Of a DNA stretch of 64,000 bases, positions 27,793-39,676 are shown piece by piece (positions within the stretch are counted from its first letter, which is position 1; each line of letters begins with the position of its first letter). The notes under the pieces were generated by a model. The model was not told where the DNA came from. It saw nothing but the letters and a program-made list of their open reading frames with translations, and made no database searches. Both the position numbers and the translations under genes were made by a program. This stretch comes from Azolla caroliniana (Eukaryota; Plantae; Polypodiophyta): contig JBHGNT010000006.1 in assembly GCA_043228905.1 (NCBI GenBank), forward strand, positions 9,114,001-9,178,000, read 5' to 3'.

Positions 27793-28590
27793 GTGCAAGC
27801 GAAATTGAAAAGGCAAGGGGACACCCACTCGGCAGCTATGGCTAAGGTGGTCGAATCTAATGACGTGACGACGCACCTACCATGCTTCGCCGACGATGTG
27901 CCTTTAATAGAGGTAATTGACACCGGAGCATCACTAACCCTTTGCTCCTTCAAAACATGGGGACATCTAGGTTGCCCAGACCTCAAAGTATGTAGTGACA
28001 ACTTCTGTGGCTTAGATGGTTCCACATCATGTTGCCTTGGAACCTTCGTGTGTAACATCAAGACAGAATACAATGACCACTCAATCCAAGTTCGAGTCCT
28101 CCGACTGAAAGTGTTGTACACCCTGTGCCTCCTCAGTTTGGATTGGTGTCACATAAGCGAATGTCTCCTGTTGCCCAGCAAGAACATCGTCTCCTTCCAA
28201 ATTGCAAATGGGGTGAGGTCTAAGAAACTCATTGCAACAACACTCGAATCACGTCCCACCGATCTCGACGAAATCCAGAGCGTGAAACCACCCAACCAAA
28301 AAGAACGCGCACAACCACCAGCCGCCCAAGGCCAGAGAAACGCTAACATCAGACTAAGGACACCCGCGCCACGCAAATGGGTGAACATCCACGCGATTTT
28401 TGCCGAAGGACAACGCTGCGGAGAACGTGCTATTTGGCGAGTCAGAAAAGCACTCACAAACGCCCAAGGTTGGCACAAAAGTGCCACTAGCTTCTGGGTA
28501 CCGAAACGAAGTCGGCTTCCCACCCGCAACCATACCACGACTGCACGGGACACCCGACAACTGCACACATCGCCCAGGTTTAGGCCATAG
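27793..28590 (+). CDS. Second retropepsin-like aspartic protease ORF downstream of the integrase remnant
   Basis: VIDTGASLTLCS, FCGLDGS and CLLSLDW motifs at retropepsin spacing, followed by a basic tail. Confidence 0.75.
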   Translation: MQAKLKRQGDTHSAAMAKVVESNDVTTHLPCFADDVPLIEVIDTGASLTLCSFKTWGHLGCPDLKVCSDNFCGLDGSTSCCLGTFVCNIKTEYNDHSIQVRVLRLKVLYTLCLLSLDWCHISECLLLPSKNIVSFQIANGVRSKKLIATTLESRPTDLDEIQSVKPPNQKERAQPPAAQGQRNANIRLRTPAPRKWVNIHAIFAEGQRCGERAIWRVRKALTNAQGWHKSATSFWVPKRSRLPTRNHTTTARDTRQLHTSPRFRP

Positions 28591-28807
28591 ACCCCGACCG
28601 GACTCAACAACTAGGAGGTCGAATGCCCCATAAAACTACCTCAAAGGCCCCTCTTTTCCCCTTGGAAAGGATATCATGGGTCTAGGTCCGTAAAAGTATA
28701 CAAAGACCATCAAACAACACTCGAACAACACACCCCCCACACGCGCCCCCTCAATTCCACCCAAAAACCCCTAAATTTCCCAAACTCTCACGAAACCCCC
28801 GGTGGAC

Positions 28808-31494
28808 TCAACATCGCGGCTAACTCGGACCTGCTTTGTCCGGGGGTTATAACACTTATACCCCTTTTGCTCATGTGAGTAGCCGATGAGGATGCACTTC
28901 TCCGATTTTTCATACAGCTTCCTCCGCTTCTCATCCGGCACATGCACATATGCTATGTTGCCGAAAATCTGAAGGTGTCTCAAATTCAGCTTGCGCTCGA
29001 AATACAACTCATGCACGGACACCTTGTCACCGATCCGGTTTTGGATGTAGACGGCCGTCTGGACCGCCTTTGCCCAGTAGAAATGGGGCATGCTCTGCTC
29101 TTCCAACATTGCCCTTGCCGCGTCGACAAGCGACCGGTTCTTCCTTTCGGCCACACCGTTTTGCTCTGGTGTGTATCTGCAACTAAACTCTCTCCGAATT
29201 CCTGTTTGTTGCAGATAACTGTTGAATTGGCTGGAAAAATATTCTTTTCCACCATTTGACCGTAGGCACTTGATCTTCCTCTCCGATTCCCGTTCCACCA
29301 TGCTTTGGAGGTTCCGGAAACAGTCGAAGACTTCGCTCTTCCACTCAATGAGGTAGATCCATGTGTCTCGGCTATAGTCGTCGATGAAGGAGACGAAGTA
29401 TCGACTCCCGCCAAGACTCACGTTTTGTGTCGGTCCCCATACATCCGAATGAATAAGGTTGAGCTTGTTACGGCTACGGTTTCGTTCGGTGGGGAATGGA
29501 AGTCGGTGTTGCTTCTCGAGTTGGCAGGCTGCCTTCCGGCCACTGAACTTCGACAAACCGAAAACAACTTGTTTCATTTGCAGGACTTGAAGCCTCCGGT
29601 AATTGACGTGGCCTATCCGCTTGTGCCAGAGATCGATGTCCGATTCAACCTTCTGTCCTTTGGCGAATAAAGCGGTGCCGACGTCATTGGTTTCGAGGAT
29701 GAACATCCTCCCGTCTCTGCGCCCTCGCGCAATAATCTGGCCCTCGTCCTCGATGAAGCACCCAAGATGCGTAAACCACACCTGCATTCCCTAGTCGACA
29801 ATCTGTCTGACTGACACCAAGTTCTTCTTAATAGTCGAAACATGTAATACATTCATCAGCTTCCCCCTCTATCCGACGTGGCTCAAAGGGACTTCACCGA
29901 TATGCACGATTGGGTGAGGAGTGTTGTCTCCAGTTTCGACAACTCCCGGTTGTTCCGGTTTCTCCAAGAAGGAGAACCACTCTTTGTGGTTCGTCATGTG
30001 ATTTGATGCACCGGAATCAACGTACCACACTTCCTCCGATTTGGAAGTGGTCTTCTTCATCGAATTTGCCTCGTGCTTCATCACTAAGGCTGGCCCCTTA
30101 CCGGTCTTCCCCGGTTCCAGATCCGTTCGATCCTTGCGCATAGTGCGAGCTTTGTTGGTTCTCCCGACTGTTTTTGCCGAATCCAGATCTGTTCGAATCG
30201 GCGCGCTTCATCCATCACTCGCTTTCTCTGTGGCCCTTTTTGCCACAGTACCAGCATTCCGTGACGGATTTGTCTTGCCGGCCTCCAGCACCACCTTGAC
30301 TCCCCCTGGTTGTGGAGGTCCCGGAACTGCTGTCGGCACGGTCTCTGTGCCGTCGGTCTTGCCCTAAACCCTAAACCCTCCATTGCGTGCCGACCCACCT
30401 CGTCCACCACGCCCACGGGGCCGATCCGCCTCTGTGTACAACATCCGGCTATCAGTGGGTGCACTTGTTGACGCACCGGCGTGGTTCTCTTCTACAAGGA
30501 GCATCGACTGTAAGTCGAAAAATGACGGTGTATTCTCCCTCGTACATATTGCTATCCGGAAAGCTCGGAACTTAGACACTAGGCCCCAAAGACAGACCTG
30601 TACCATCTCGTCTTCCTCTACTGTGACGTTTATAGAGGCAAGCGAGTCACAGATCTCTTTGATTCAAGCCGTGTAATCAGCCACAGACATGTCCTTCTGT
30701 TGGACATTGCTCAACTCTTGTTGGAGTTGCAGCTTCCGGGCTGTAGTGCTTGCGGCGAACACCTTCTTCAGGTTTCCCCAAGCCTCTTTCAGCGTCTTAG
30801 CATCTCGGATGTGGCTCAGCAGCTGGTCTCCGACACTGGACGCAAAGGAGTACATCACTTTGCTTGCCGATTGTACCCACATCGGGAAGTCCTTGTGTGC
30901 CGCATCAGGTGATGTGTTGTTACCTCCGCCCAAGCAGGTACTGGTGCATCATGTATGACCAAGATGCGTAGTTGGACCTGTCGAGCTTCTCCACCGGGAG
31001 CGAGCTAGCCATTCCTCTATCCATTTGTTTTTTTTTCTGTTCTTTACAAAGGTTAGGTTTTCTTCTTGCGAAAGCGAATGTTGGCTGCAGAGGTTCTCAA
31101 CCCTCACGCTCTGATACCATGTAGAAACAAATAGTGTGCGGAAGCAATAGAAAACAGAAAACAGAGAACAAGTTTAATGGAGAGCTTAACAGTACGCGGG
31201 AGAGACAGAGATAGACACACAGAAACTCAATTAAAAAATACTACTCAGTCTGTACATCATATGTGTTCAGCGAACACTTTTATACAAGTCCATACGGACT
31301 GACAGAAGTACGGTGTACTTCAATGCTCACACGAGAGTCTGACACTAACTACGAGATATTAACTCCCTAGTAGACTAGTTGTTACTTGGCTTCCAGTTAC
31401 TGCTTGATCCACCTCACCGGCTCACCCTTCTGGATGTTGATCCGGCTTAGGCTTATTCAGCTAATCCAGATCCGGTTGAGCTTGCCGCACAACA
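28808..31494 (-). mobile_element. Ty1/copia element, 3'-truncated, nested in the gypsy element
   Basis: LTR 31494-31120 (TG...CA); PBS TGGTATCAGAGC at 31119-31108; gag MASSLPVEKLDRSNY; protease WYVDSGASNHMT; GAG-pre-integrase LWHKRIGH; integrase HSDVWGP, FIDDYSR, TPEQNGVAERKNR; breaks at VSRDV with no RT or 3' LTR. Confidence 0.95.
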
Positions 31495-32149
31495 CCTTGG
31501 CCCATCGCACACCATGTTAACCCCTCCCCCTACCCTATGACACTCCACTCAGCAACTACTCGGCCCGTCTTCTCCCCCGCCCTCCGTTACCGTGCCCGGT
31601 AGACAATAATCCCTGCCCGCAATTTTATATTTTTTCGGTATAAGTATTAGTATTTACAATCTTGGAGTTACCCTTTAATTTTAGGGGCACCTCAAACAAT
31701 TATTTCTAGTTGTGGTCTATTTATTTTGGTTCGTCTCGTTCTTTTACGTATTATTTTGCATGGTAGTTTTAGGTCCTCTCTTTTTTCCCTTCTTTTCCCC
31801 ACTCCTCTTTCCCCCTCACGACTCTTTCTTCTCCTTCACCGCTCTTTCTCCTCCCTTTGTGATTGCGTTCCAACCCCTCTCGCATTGCACGCTTCCCTCG
31901 TTTTGTGTTTCACTGCCCTCCTCCCCTCCTTTCGAGCACTACTTCTCGCCACCGCCTCCTCCTCAGGTATGTCTAACAATCTGTTTTTTGCTCGCTCTTC
32001 CTGTGCTCTCGGCCCCCACCAACGCCACAACCCTAACCACCTCATGTGGCGGCCACGATGACTACTACATCGTTTCCGCCGCCCTCTTGTCGCTGGCGGT
32101 CGCATCTGGCCGCTTCACGCGCGGCCTCGTTGCCTTCCCCTCACAACTC

Positions 32150-32455
32150 TCTTCGCACCCCTCCCCTGTTCGAGGAGAGGGACTCTTCGAACCCCTCCCC
32201 GGTTCAAGGAGAGGTACTCCTCGAACCCCGTCTCCCCGGTTCGAAGAGAGGTCCTCTTCAAACCCCTCCCCGGGTCGAGGAGAGGTCCTTTTCGAACCTT
32301 GTCCCAGTTCGAAGAGAGACACTCTTCGAACCCCTTCCTCCCGGTTCGACGAGAGGTACTCTTCGAACCACTCACTCTCGGTTCGAAGAACCTCGAACCC
32401 CCCACTCACTCCCGGTTCGAAGAACTTCGAACCACTAACCCCCAATCCGACGAGA
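32150..32455 (+). repeat. Degenerate tandem array (TTCGAACCCC...CCGGTTCGAAGAGAGG) in the gypsy 3' region
   Basis: Repeated ~35-bp units, each with inverted TTCGAACC / GGTTCGAA halves. Confidence 0.85.
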
Positions 32456-32652
32456 GGCCCCCACCGTCCAAACACAACCTAGACATTAACCCGTTCGTCC
32501 CTTTAAAATATAAATATAAATATCACTACCCCTCCAAACACTTCATACTACTTTCAATTATAATAATTATAACTAATCAAAATAAGTCATTCACAACAAT
32601 CGATAAATACACTATCGTCGGTCGTATTGTTGTGTAGATAAGGGCCAGGGAA

Positions 32653-33640
32653 TGTAAGAATTGGTACATCCTCATACGGCTATACTAATCTTTGTCCTAG
32701 CAGGTTATAATCGATGGCATCCACCCCATTCACCAAGCTCCTCCACGCGTTGTCATAGTGTAATTCGCACACTACGTGAAAAATTACATTTTTGGTCTCT
32801 CCAGATAGGACATGGAGTACCCGGTGAAAACCGGAAGGAGGAACCAGTAAGGACCGAAACCGGTAAGGAGACCTCGCAAGAGCCGGATGAAGAAGGCCGG
32901 TGAGAGTCGGTGAGAAGCGGACAAAGAGGACCGGTAAGGATAACCTGATGGAATCGGATGAAGGAGGAATCGGCAAGGAAGACCCGGTAAGGAGACCCGG
33001 TGAGAACCGGATGAAGAAGGCTGGTGAGAGTCTCTCACCGGATGAAGAGACATATTTGTAAATAGAAGAAAGTATAAAAATATATATTACATGCATAGGG
33101 CAAGATTCAAACCTTGTACCTCCATATTAATAATGTCAAGCCTTACCACTATACTAGCATATTATGAATTGTAAAGTTATACTAAACTTTATCCCATGCA
33201 AATATTCTAGATATGCATGGTACAAAAAGTTACTCATGCATACACACTCGAGTTAAAAGAAAAGATGGGATAGAAAGCTAATCATGCACATGCAGTGTGC
33301 ATGAAAACTAAAGTTAGAAAAAGCATATAGTCTATAGTTAGAGAAAAAGTAGGGATTGTGAAGACTCTCTCATCACTATATAAGGATGAGGAGCACAATG
33401 TAATGGGTGTGTGAAATACTTAGAAATTGGATATATTTCCGAAAACACCAACCAATTAAGATAATCGTGGGATTCACCAAAATAATATAATCTTTACTTG
33501 TGGGATTCACAAGTTTCTTATATCTTTCTTTCAATCTAAATACATATTCTTATCTAAATACTGATTAATAAAATATATTATACTTGTGGGATTCGCAAGT
33601 TTATAATAATCTATTCATAATTAAAATCGTCTCAAATTCT
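32653..33640 (+). mobile_element. LTR-like insertion inside the gypsy 3' region
   Basis: Starts TGTAAG; CCGGT-rich repeats at 32820-33045; TATA-like CTATATAAGG at ~33377; repeated GTGGGATTC motifs; abrupt composition change. Right end and TSD unresolved. Confidence 0.5.
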
Positions 33641-33699
33641 TCCTCTTCCTAGTCCAAAACCCCAGTGGTTCCCACCCGACTCACGCAAACGATCTGGCG

Positions 33700-34281
33700 C
33701 CGAAAGGCAGGACAACGTACTACCCCGACGCCGGTTGTGGCTCCTTGGCCGAGTTCAACAACACCTACCGGGCCTCAAATTCTTCCTCGGGATTGGCCTT
33801 TGAGGTGTACTTCCAGAGCTGGTTAGCCCGTTCCTCATAGGATACAACCCCGATATCGGCCACGTTCGTATGCATGCCTTCGCGGATGCTACCCCTGTCG
33901 AGTTCTAGTTCAACGTCGCCGATGTTTGCACTACGCTACATTTGCAGGTGGATGTCATTCCCTTCTGCACCACGAAGGCCTTTGGCGTCGTCCCCAACAT
34001 CATCCCCGCCACCTACTCCGAGTATTTCGAACGCGAAGGTTGGCGTTTCACCGAAATTCCCCCTCACCTCCACGATCGTTGTAGCGCCATTACCCAGATC
34101 GGTGACACCACCTCCATCGACGCCATCAACCGTATCACTGGTGAGTTCCTCAAGTGGGCACACGATCCTCAACCGGTCCAGTGGGCCTACGAACTCGCCA
34201 TTGACCACCACCCGACGAACCCCCCTACTCTATCCTTCCCGCCCCCGACGCCCGAAGCTCCCCTCCCACAGTGCACCCGAG
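33700..34281 (+). pseudogene. Unknown ORF remnant just upstream of the gypsy 3' LTR
   Basis: Frame of ORF 33942-34370 extends upstream through two TAG stops (GLAFEVYFQSWLARSS...QVDVIPFCTTKAFG...FLKWAHDP); non-repetitive, protein-like composition. Confidence 0.45.
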
Positions 34282-35501
34282 AGTGTGCACTCATTAGGTT
34301 GAGGGTGATGTTAAGCGCTTGGATCACACCACGACCGGTAATGAATAAGAGCGCATCAACAAGGACGTAGTATGGCTAAAGGAATTACGTACAAGGAATG
34401 GCAAGAGGAAAGAGGGCTAAGGGACATCCAAGTGTGAAAGGTCCATACCCTAAATGTAAATGCTATATAAACCACATGGTGGTGGCTTTGTAAGGGTTCT
34501 TCCATTTGTAAAGATCTCCCTATTGATTAAGAGCTAGAGATTCCTCTCCTCCTTCTTGTAACCTTTAAGCTTAAGAGAGATTAGTGAGGTGTTTAGTTAG
34601 AGAACACTAATCTCTCTTCCTTGTTGGTGCTAGACCTCTTAGCAAAGAGGGTTAGTAACATATTCATTACTCTTATTGTCTACATTCATTACCCTATTGT
34701 CTATGAGAGCGAGTTTGAGAGAGTGAGAGAAATATCGTGCTTAATCATCTATTAATCGTTAAGTGAGGGTGAGGCTCGGAGGTGTCCGACAAATATCTCC
34801 GCCTGATTCGCCATCAAAAGGGTATACGTCGGTCCAAACGCCGCAAACGACATGGAGGAGTTAACTCCATCGATATGCGTACGAGGTTAATACCTCAATT
34901 GCGTATTACGTTCACATACATATGTTATGTATGCGTATGAGGTCAATACCTCAATTTCTAAGTAAATGATATGTGTTTGGTGTCGTTTGTGTAAGAGGTC
35001 AATACCTCAATTGCGTATTACGATTAACCCTTATTTTTAGATGTTTCGTGTGCGTGGAGGCTATATGCCTTGATTACGTATCTCGATTACATCATTGTTG
35101 GCTATTTCATATTACGATTTTTTAATATATGCATATGTGGTCACGTGTATACGTATTTGATCGTATATATTAGTTATTATCTAATTTCTATATCAAATGT
35201 TTCCTTTTCAAGGATCTTGGTGGCCGTCCTCACATTTTTGTGAGAATGGTGTAGTCACCATCTTTTTTTCAACAATTGTTTTTGTTGACATCCCCATTGG
35301 TCACTTCGATTTCATTACGTAATGAAACGATCATAGCCACAATGATGTTGAGAACATAGGGCTTGACCCACTTCATGCGAGGTCAAGATCCCTTCACTCG
35401 GGGGTGGTCGAGTGGATCAACACCCTCCTTTCTTATTTCATTTATATTATATCCTTATCATATGCTTACATTAGATCATCACTCTAACAATATGTGTATA
35501 T

Positions 35502-38500
35502 GCAACGTGTCTATTTTGACACAAATCATTAATAGGGCTAGCGAGGGAATCACGGCCTTGGACAGTGCAGGTTGCTCAAAGCATGACGTGTGCGATCTGC
35601 ACTGTCCGATTTGGATAATAAAAAAACGTGCAACCAAAAATGTTGTCAGAGGTCGCCGAACTTTGAGTCCTCAGTCGCCCAACCCTAGTAGAGGTCGCCC
35701 AACTACCTATTGTGGTCACCCAACCTACCTACCTATTGTGGTCGCCCAACCTACATATTGTGGTTGCTCAACCTAACTAAAGTGGTTGCCCAACCGAGTT
35801 TTAATGTGGCCATGTGGTCGCCCAACCTTTTAACCGACGACTATAAAACCCTGAAACATGTCATTATCTCTCAATTTTTCAAATGAGATTGAGAGGTTTT
35901 TTTGCTAGGAAAACGATTTTCGTTAAATGGCTTGCAATTGACATTCCCAACAATCACTTCTACGATCGGTGCCCTACTATTTCCTAGGCATGTATTTGTG
36001 TTTGTCTCTACATTTTCTGATTTTTTATTATTATGTGGTTGCCTTTTTCATGTTGAGGGATTAGGGTTTGGGAAAAGGTTTTGGTTGATATTATGATTTT
36101 AATGTGATATTATGGCTTGATATTAGAATGATAGGGAGAAGGTTTAGGGTTTAGCATGATAGTATGATTGTAGGACATGTTTAGGGTTTGGTTGATACAG
36201 TGAATAGGTTTATTCTTAGAAACTGTTTACAAACTGTTTAGAACATGTTTATTGATATGTGATCTTAGAATGTTAATGGTTTGCAGTTGGAATGTCAACC
36301 TTGATATTAGCCTGATATTAATTATTAATGATATTATGACATTAGCTTGATATTGATTATTAATGGTTTACGGTTGATATTATGATTTTAATGCTTGATA
36401 TTAGAATGTGGCCCATGTTTAGAACAAGTTTAGCTCATTGATCATTGAATAGACTTGCAAAAACTTATTGATTATTAATGGTTTACGGTTTAATGCTTTG
36501 CTTGATAAAAGTTAATATTGTGTGTGTTGAGTATTAAATTCAGGAAATGTTTGATTACTTATGTTTTCTTTTCCTTGAATGGTGGTAGATGACTGCCAAG
36601 TCCAAGTACAAATATTGGTGGGATTCCGATAACGGTGAGATATATCCAACTCAATAGAGGTATGTCACAAACCAATCTCCCCTAATAGTGGTAATGATGT
36701 GTGATGCATGTACTATGCTAATTGATGATTTGTTAAAGGGTTTTCGTTCGAAGACATTGGAGAAGTTGTGCAATTGACATGTCTAAGGGTGGGGAGAGCT
36801 TGGATCAGGCATTGGTGGTTCATCTGCCTCGGATCGAGCCGATACAGGTCATGGCAACATTCGACGAAGATGCTCCTCCAAATGGTTTGTGGATTTGGTC
36901 TCGTTGTATCATGTCAATTTTTATGTAACACATACAGAAACAACTCATGCTCCTAGCCCAGACTTGTTTTATAAGGTTGGAAGAGATGCCAATGGGAATA
37001 AGACCCGTGCGTGTATTGTGGTATCACAAAAAATGCGACATGGAAACACATTTACGCAGGGCACATGGAATTGACATAGTCCTACCACGATGTATGTGGA
37101 CAGAGGAGGAAGGTACTCTGGGAGCATGCTTTAATAGCTATGAGCGTCAAAGATCACTCAGAAGATTCATGGACCCTGAAATCAAGTACCATAGAAATCG
37201 GCAGCCATACATCCAAAAGTTGAAGGTTAGGGTTCTTTCGAGGTATGACTCTATTCCCGTTGAACTCCGACTTGACACGGAGGCAGAGTTCATGGCGCGA
37301 TTTATGGACCACGAGATGGCCATCTACGACTCCAAAAAGGACGAGCGGTTGGAGATGTTGAAGAAGATGATTGCATCTGGTTTGGATTCTTATGTAACTA
37401 TGAGCGAGGATTTCATTCTTGATATGTGTTGGAGAGTTTATTGGTAGAATTCAGATAATAACACGTGTCTTATTGGGGTGAAAGAGTGTAAGAAGGCGGG
37501 GATCCGTGACCGAAGAGGGTGGTGTATCCACTGATGTGGGTGAGGCTCTAAACCCATCCGAGGGTGGTGTATCCACTCCACCGAGATGGAGACAACCAAA
37601 GATGCCAGTCCGATGGAAGGAGGTCGAGGCAAACACCAATGTTGTCCCCCTAACATCATATTTAGATGGCACTGCATCGAACGTGGCCACAATACAAATT
37701 GAGCATGCCAAGGCTGTCAGAATGTGGATCCAAACATCAAACAAACACTTTTCCAGGTTGTCTTTTTGTGAAATATAAATTTGTATCCTCTTAAAAAACA
37801 TTGAGTGTGTGATTTTTACTCAATCTACATGTTTCTATGCAAACGGGTACCAGTTGACCTGCCAACGACTCGATATGGCCGTTGACGTACAGAGTCAGAT
37901 CTTGAGACCATGTGCAAGGATGGAGAAATGGCATCAACATGGACGATGACATTATTCACATTGTTTATGGAGTACTCATTGCCAACCGACGTGACAGAAC
38001 GATTCACCATCGTCGACCCACTATGGACGCAACTACACAAGCAAACGGCAAAGGTGGCCAAACATGATTTTATCTTCATTCCGATCGTGGTTCAAGGCCA
38101 TTGGGTGTTGTGGATAAAGACACGGCAGAAAGTTTCTAAGCTAACCAACAAAGTAGTCTTCTGTGATCCACTAAACAATGCGGCAACTGACAACGTGTGG
38201 AGTCTTGTAGAGATCGCGATTCAAACCATTTCATTTGAACCGTCAGACCACACCATTGTGTCTAAGGGTTGACATCACGTATTACACATCCCAATTGAGC
38301 CAAATGGTTGGGATTGTGGCTTTTACGTGATGAAGACTATACATGTGTTGGTCGAGGAGTTCTTACGAGGATGGATATCTCTGGTTTTTTTAAGTGTCGT
38401 TGCAAATGTCTTATTCATGTGGTTTTTGTATAGTTGTGTTCTTATACATAATTGGTGATAGGGCACAGAGATGTGGTTCACCAAGCACGAAGTGGATTCA

Positions 38501-39676
38501 CGTTGGATTCATGTGGACGCGTGGGCACAAAGGGTATTGGGATTTGCACTTGCGACTGGTGGCCCCATAGTGTAAATTTTGGATTGGCTATAGATATTTT
38601 GTCATGGCTGCCATATAATGGATATTATGTATACGACAAATATTGTAAATATCGTCATATTATTTGTATCGGAGCGGATGTTGTAAACGTGGTATTATAT
38701 TTTGTTATAGACGGATGTTGTAATATGGTCACCATTTTTGTATAGCGAGTAGTGACTCATTGTATATCGAAAATTCTTATTAATGGAAAAGTTGTTTATC
38801 TCAAGTGTTGGTAATCTTGGTAATCTCAAGTGTTGGTCTCTGGCCCCTAAACCTGTTTTTCAAAGATATATATTGATTTCTCACTCATAGTGTGATTTGT
38901 GTCTACTGTTTTTCAAAGACATGTTGTTTTCATACATATGTTATTTCATAACTATTAAGGTTGCCCAATCCTCTTAAATATGGTCGTCCAACCTATTAAA
39001 ATATGGTCTCCCAACCTGTTTAAATATGGTCTCCCAACCTATTTTAAAAATATATCTTCTTGTAAACTAGTTGCCCAACCCTCGTAAAAAACATCTCTTC
39101 TCATAAACAGGTCGCCCAACCTCTTTAAAAGCAGCTCCTTATTGTAAACCAGGTTGTCCAACCTATTTTAATATGGTCACCCAACCTATTTATAAATCAA
39201 GTCTCCCAACCCTCTTAAAAAATATCTCTTCTCATAAACAAGTCGCCCAACCTGTTTTAATATGGTCACCCAACCCTTGTAAAAAACATCTCTCCTCATA
39301 AACAGGTCGCCCAACCTGTTTTAATATGTTCACCCAACCTGATTAATATGGTCGCCTAACTTGTTTTAAAAAAAACGGCAAAAAATGGTCATATTAAGGA
39401 ATAAATTAATCACATTTTAAGTCAAATTAATCACTAATAGAGGCAAAAATGATCGAGATGAATCCAAATGATGTGGATTTGATCACGTCCTTGTATGATT
39501 TTGAGGATGGTTATGCATCACCATACTCCGCAACTATCGATGAAGAGTTGGACTAGTTTGAATCCAATGAAGTGTTGGCGTGGCCTACATTGGACGAAGA
39601 CCGTGAATCGTGTTTATCCGAATGGGAGGAGGAGGAGGTTGATCCCTTCATGTATTGTTCGGCCAGGTGTATGAGC
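35502..39676 (+). mobile_element. MULE derivative carrying a Ulp1/C48 protease pseudogene (left part of the 14330-21342 family)
   Basis: Left terminus matches the reverse complement of 21190-21342; GGTCGCCCAACC repeats at 35650-35830 and 38960-39360; 39440-39665 resembles the transposase start at 14650-14815; GTGTATAT(G) on both flanks in low-complexity sequence. Confidence 0.75.
37910..38380 (+). pseudogene. Ulp1-like (peptidase C48) protease remnant
   Basis: FIFIPIVVQGHWVL (His), VFCDPL (Asp), and after a TGA stop EPNGWDCGFYV (Cys). Confidence 0.8.

Larger units (their letters stand above)
22926..34875 (+). mobile_element. Ty3/gypsy (non-chromovirus, Athila-like PBS) LTR retrotransposon lacking RT, RNase H and integrase core
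   Basis: 5' LTR 22926-~23504, 3' LTR 34309-~34875; PBS TGGCGCTGCTGCCGGGGA (~23511); purine-rich tract before 34309; GCGTA flanks both ends; gag, protease and integrase GPY remnant inside. Confidence 0.9.
22105..35489 (+). mobile_element. Non-coding LTR element (host of the gypsy insertion)
   Basis: 5' LTR 22105-22557 (TGTTA...TAACA); iMet-type PBS TGGTAACAGAG at 22560-22570; truncated 3' LTR ~35387-35489; TSD ATATG on both sides; internal AATACCTCAA-type tandem units on both sides of the gypsy insertion. Confidence 0.8.

Noticed and set aside
31712-32482. Overlapping Pro/Ser-rich ORFs
   Set aside because: Produced by pyrimidine-rich and tandem-repeat sequence in the gypsy 3' region.
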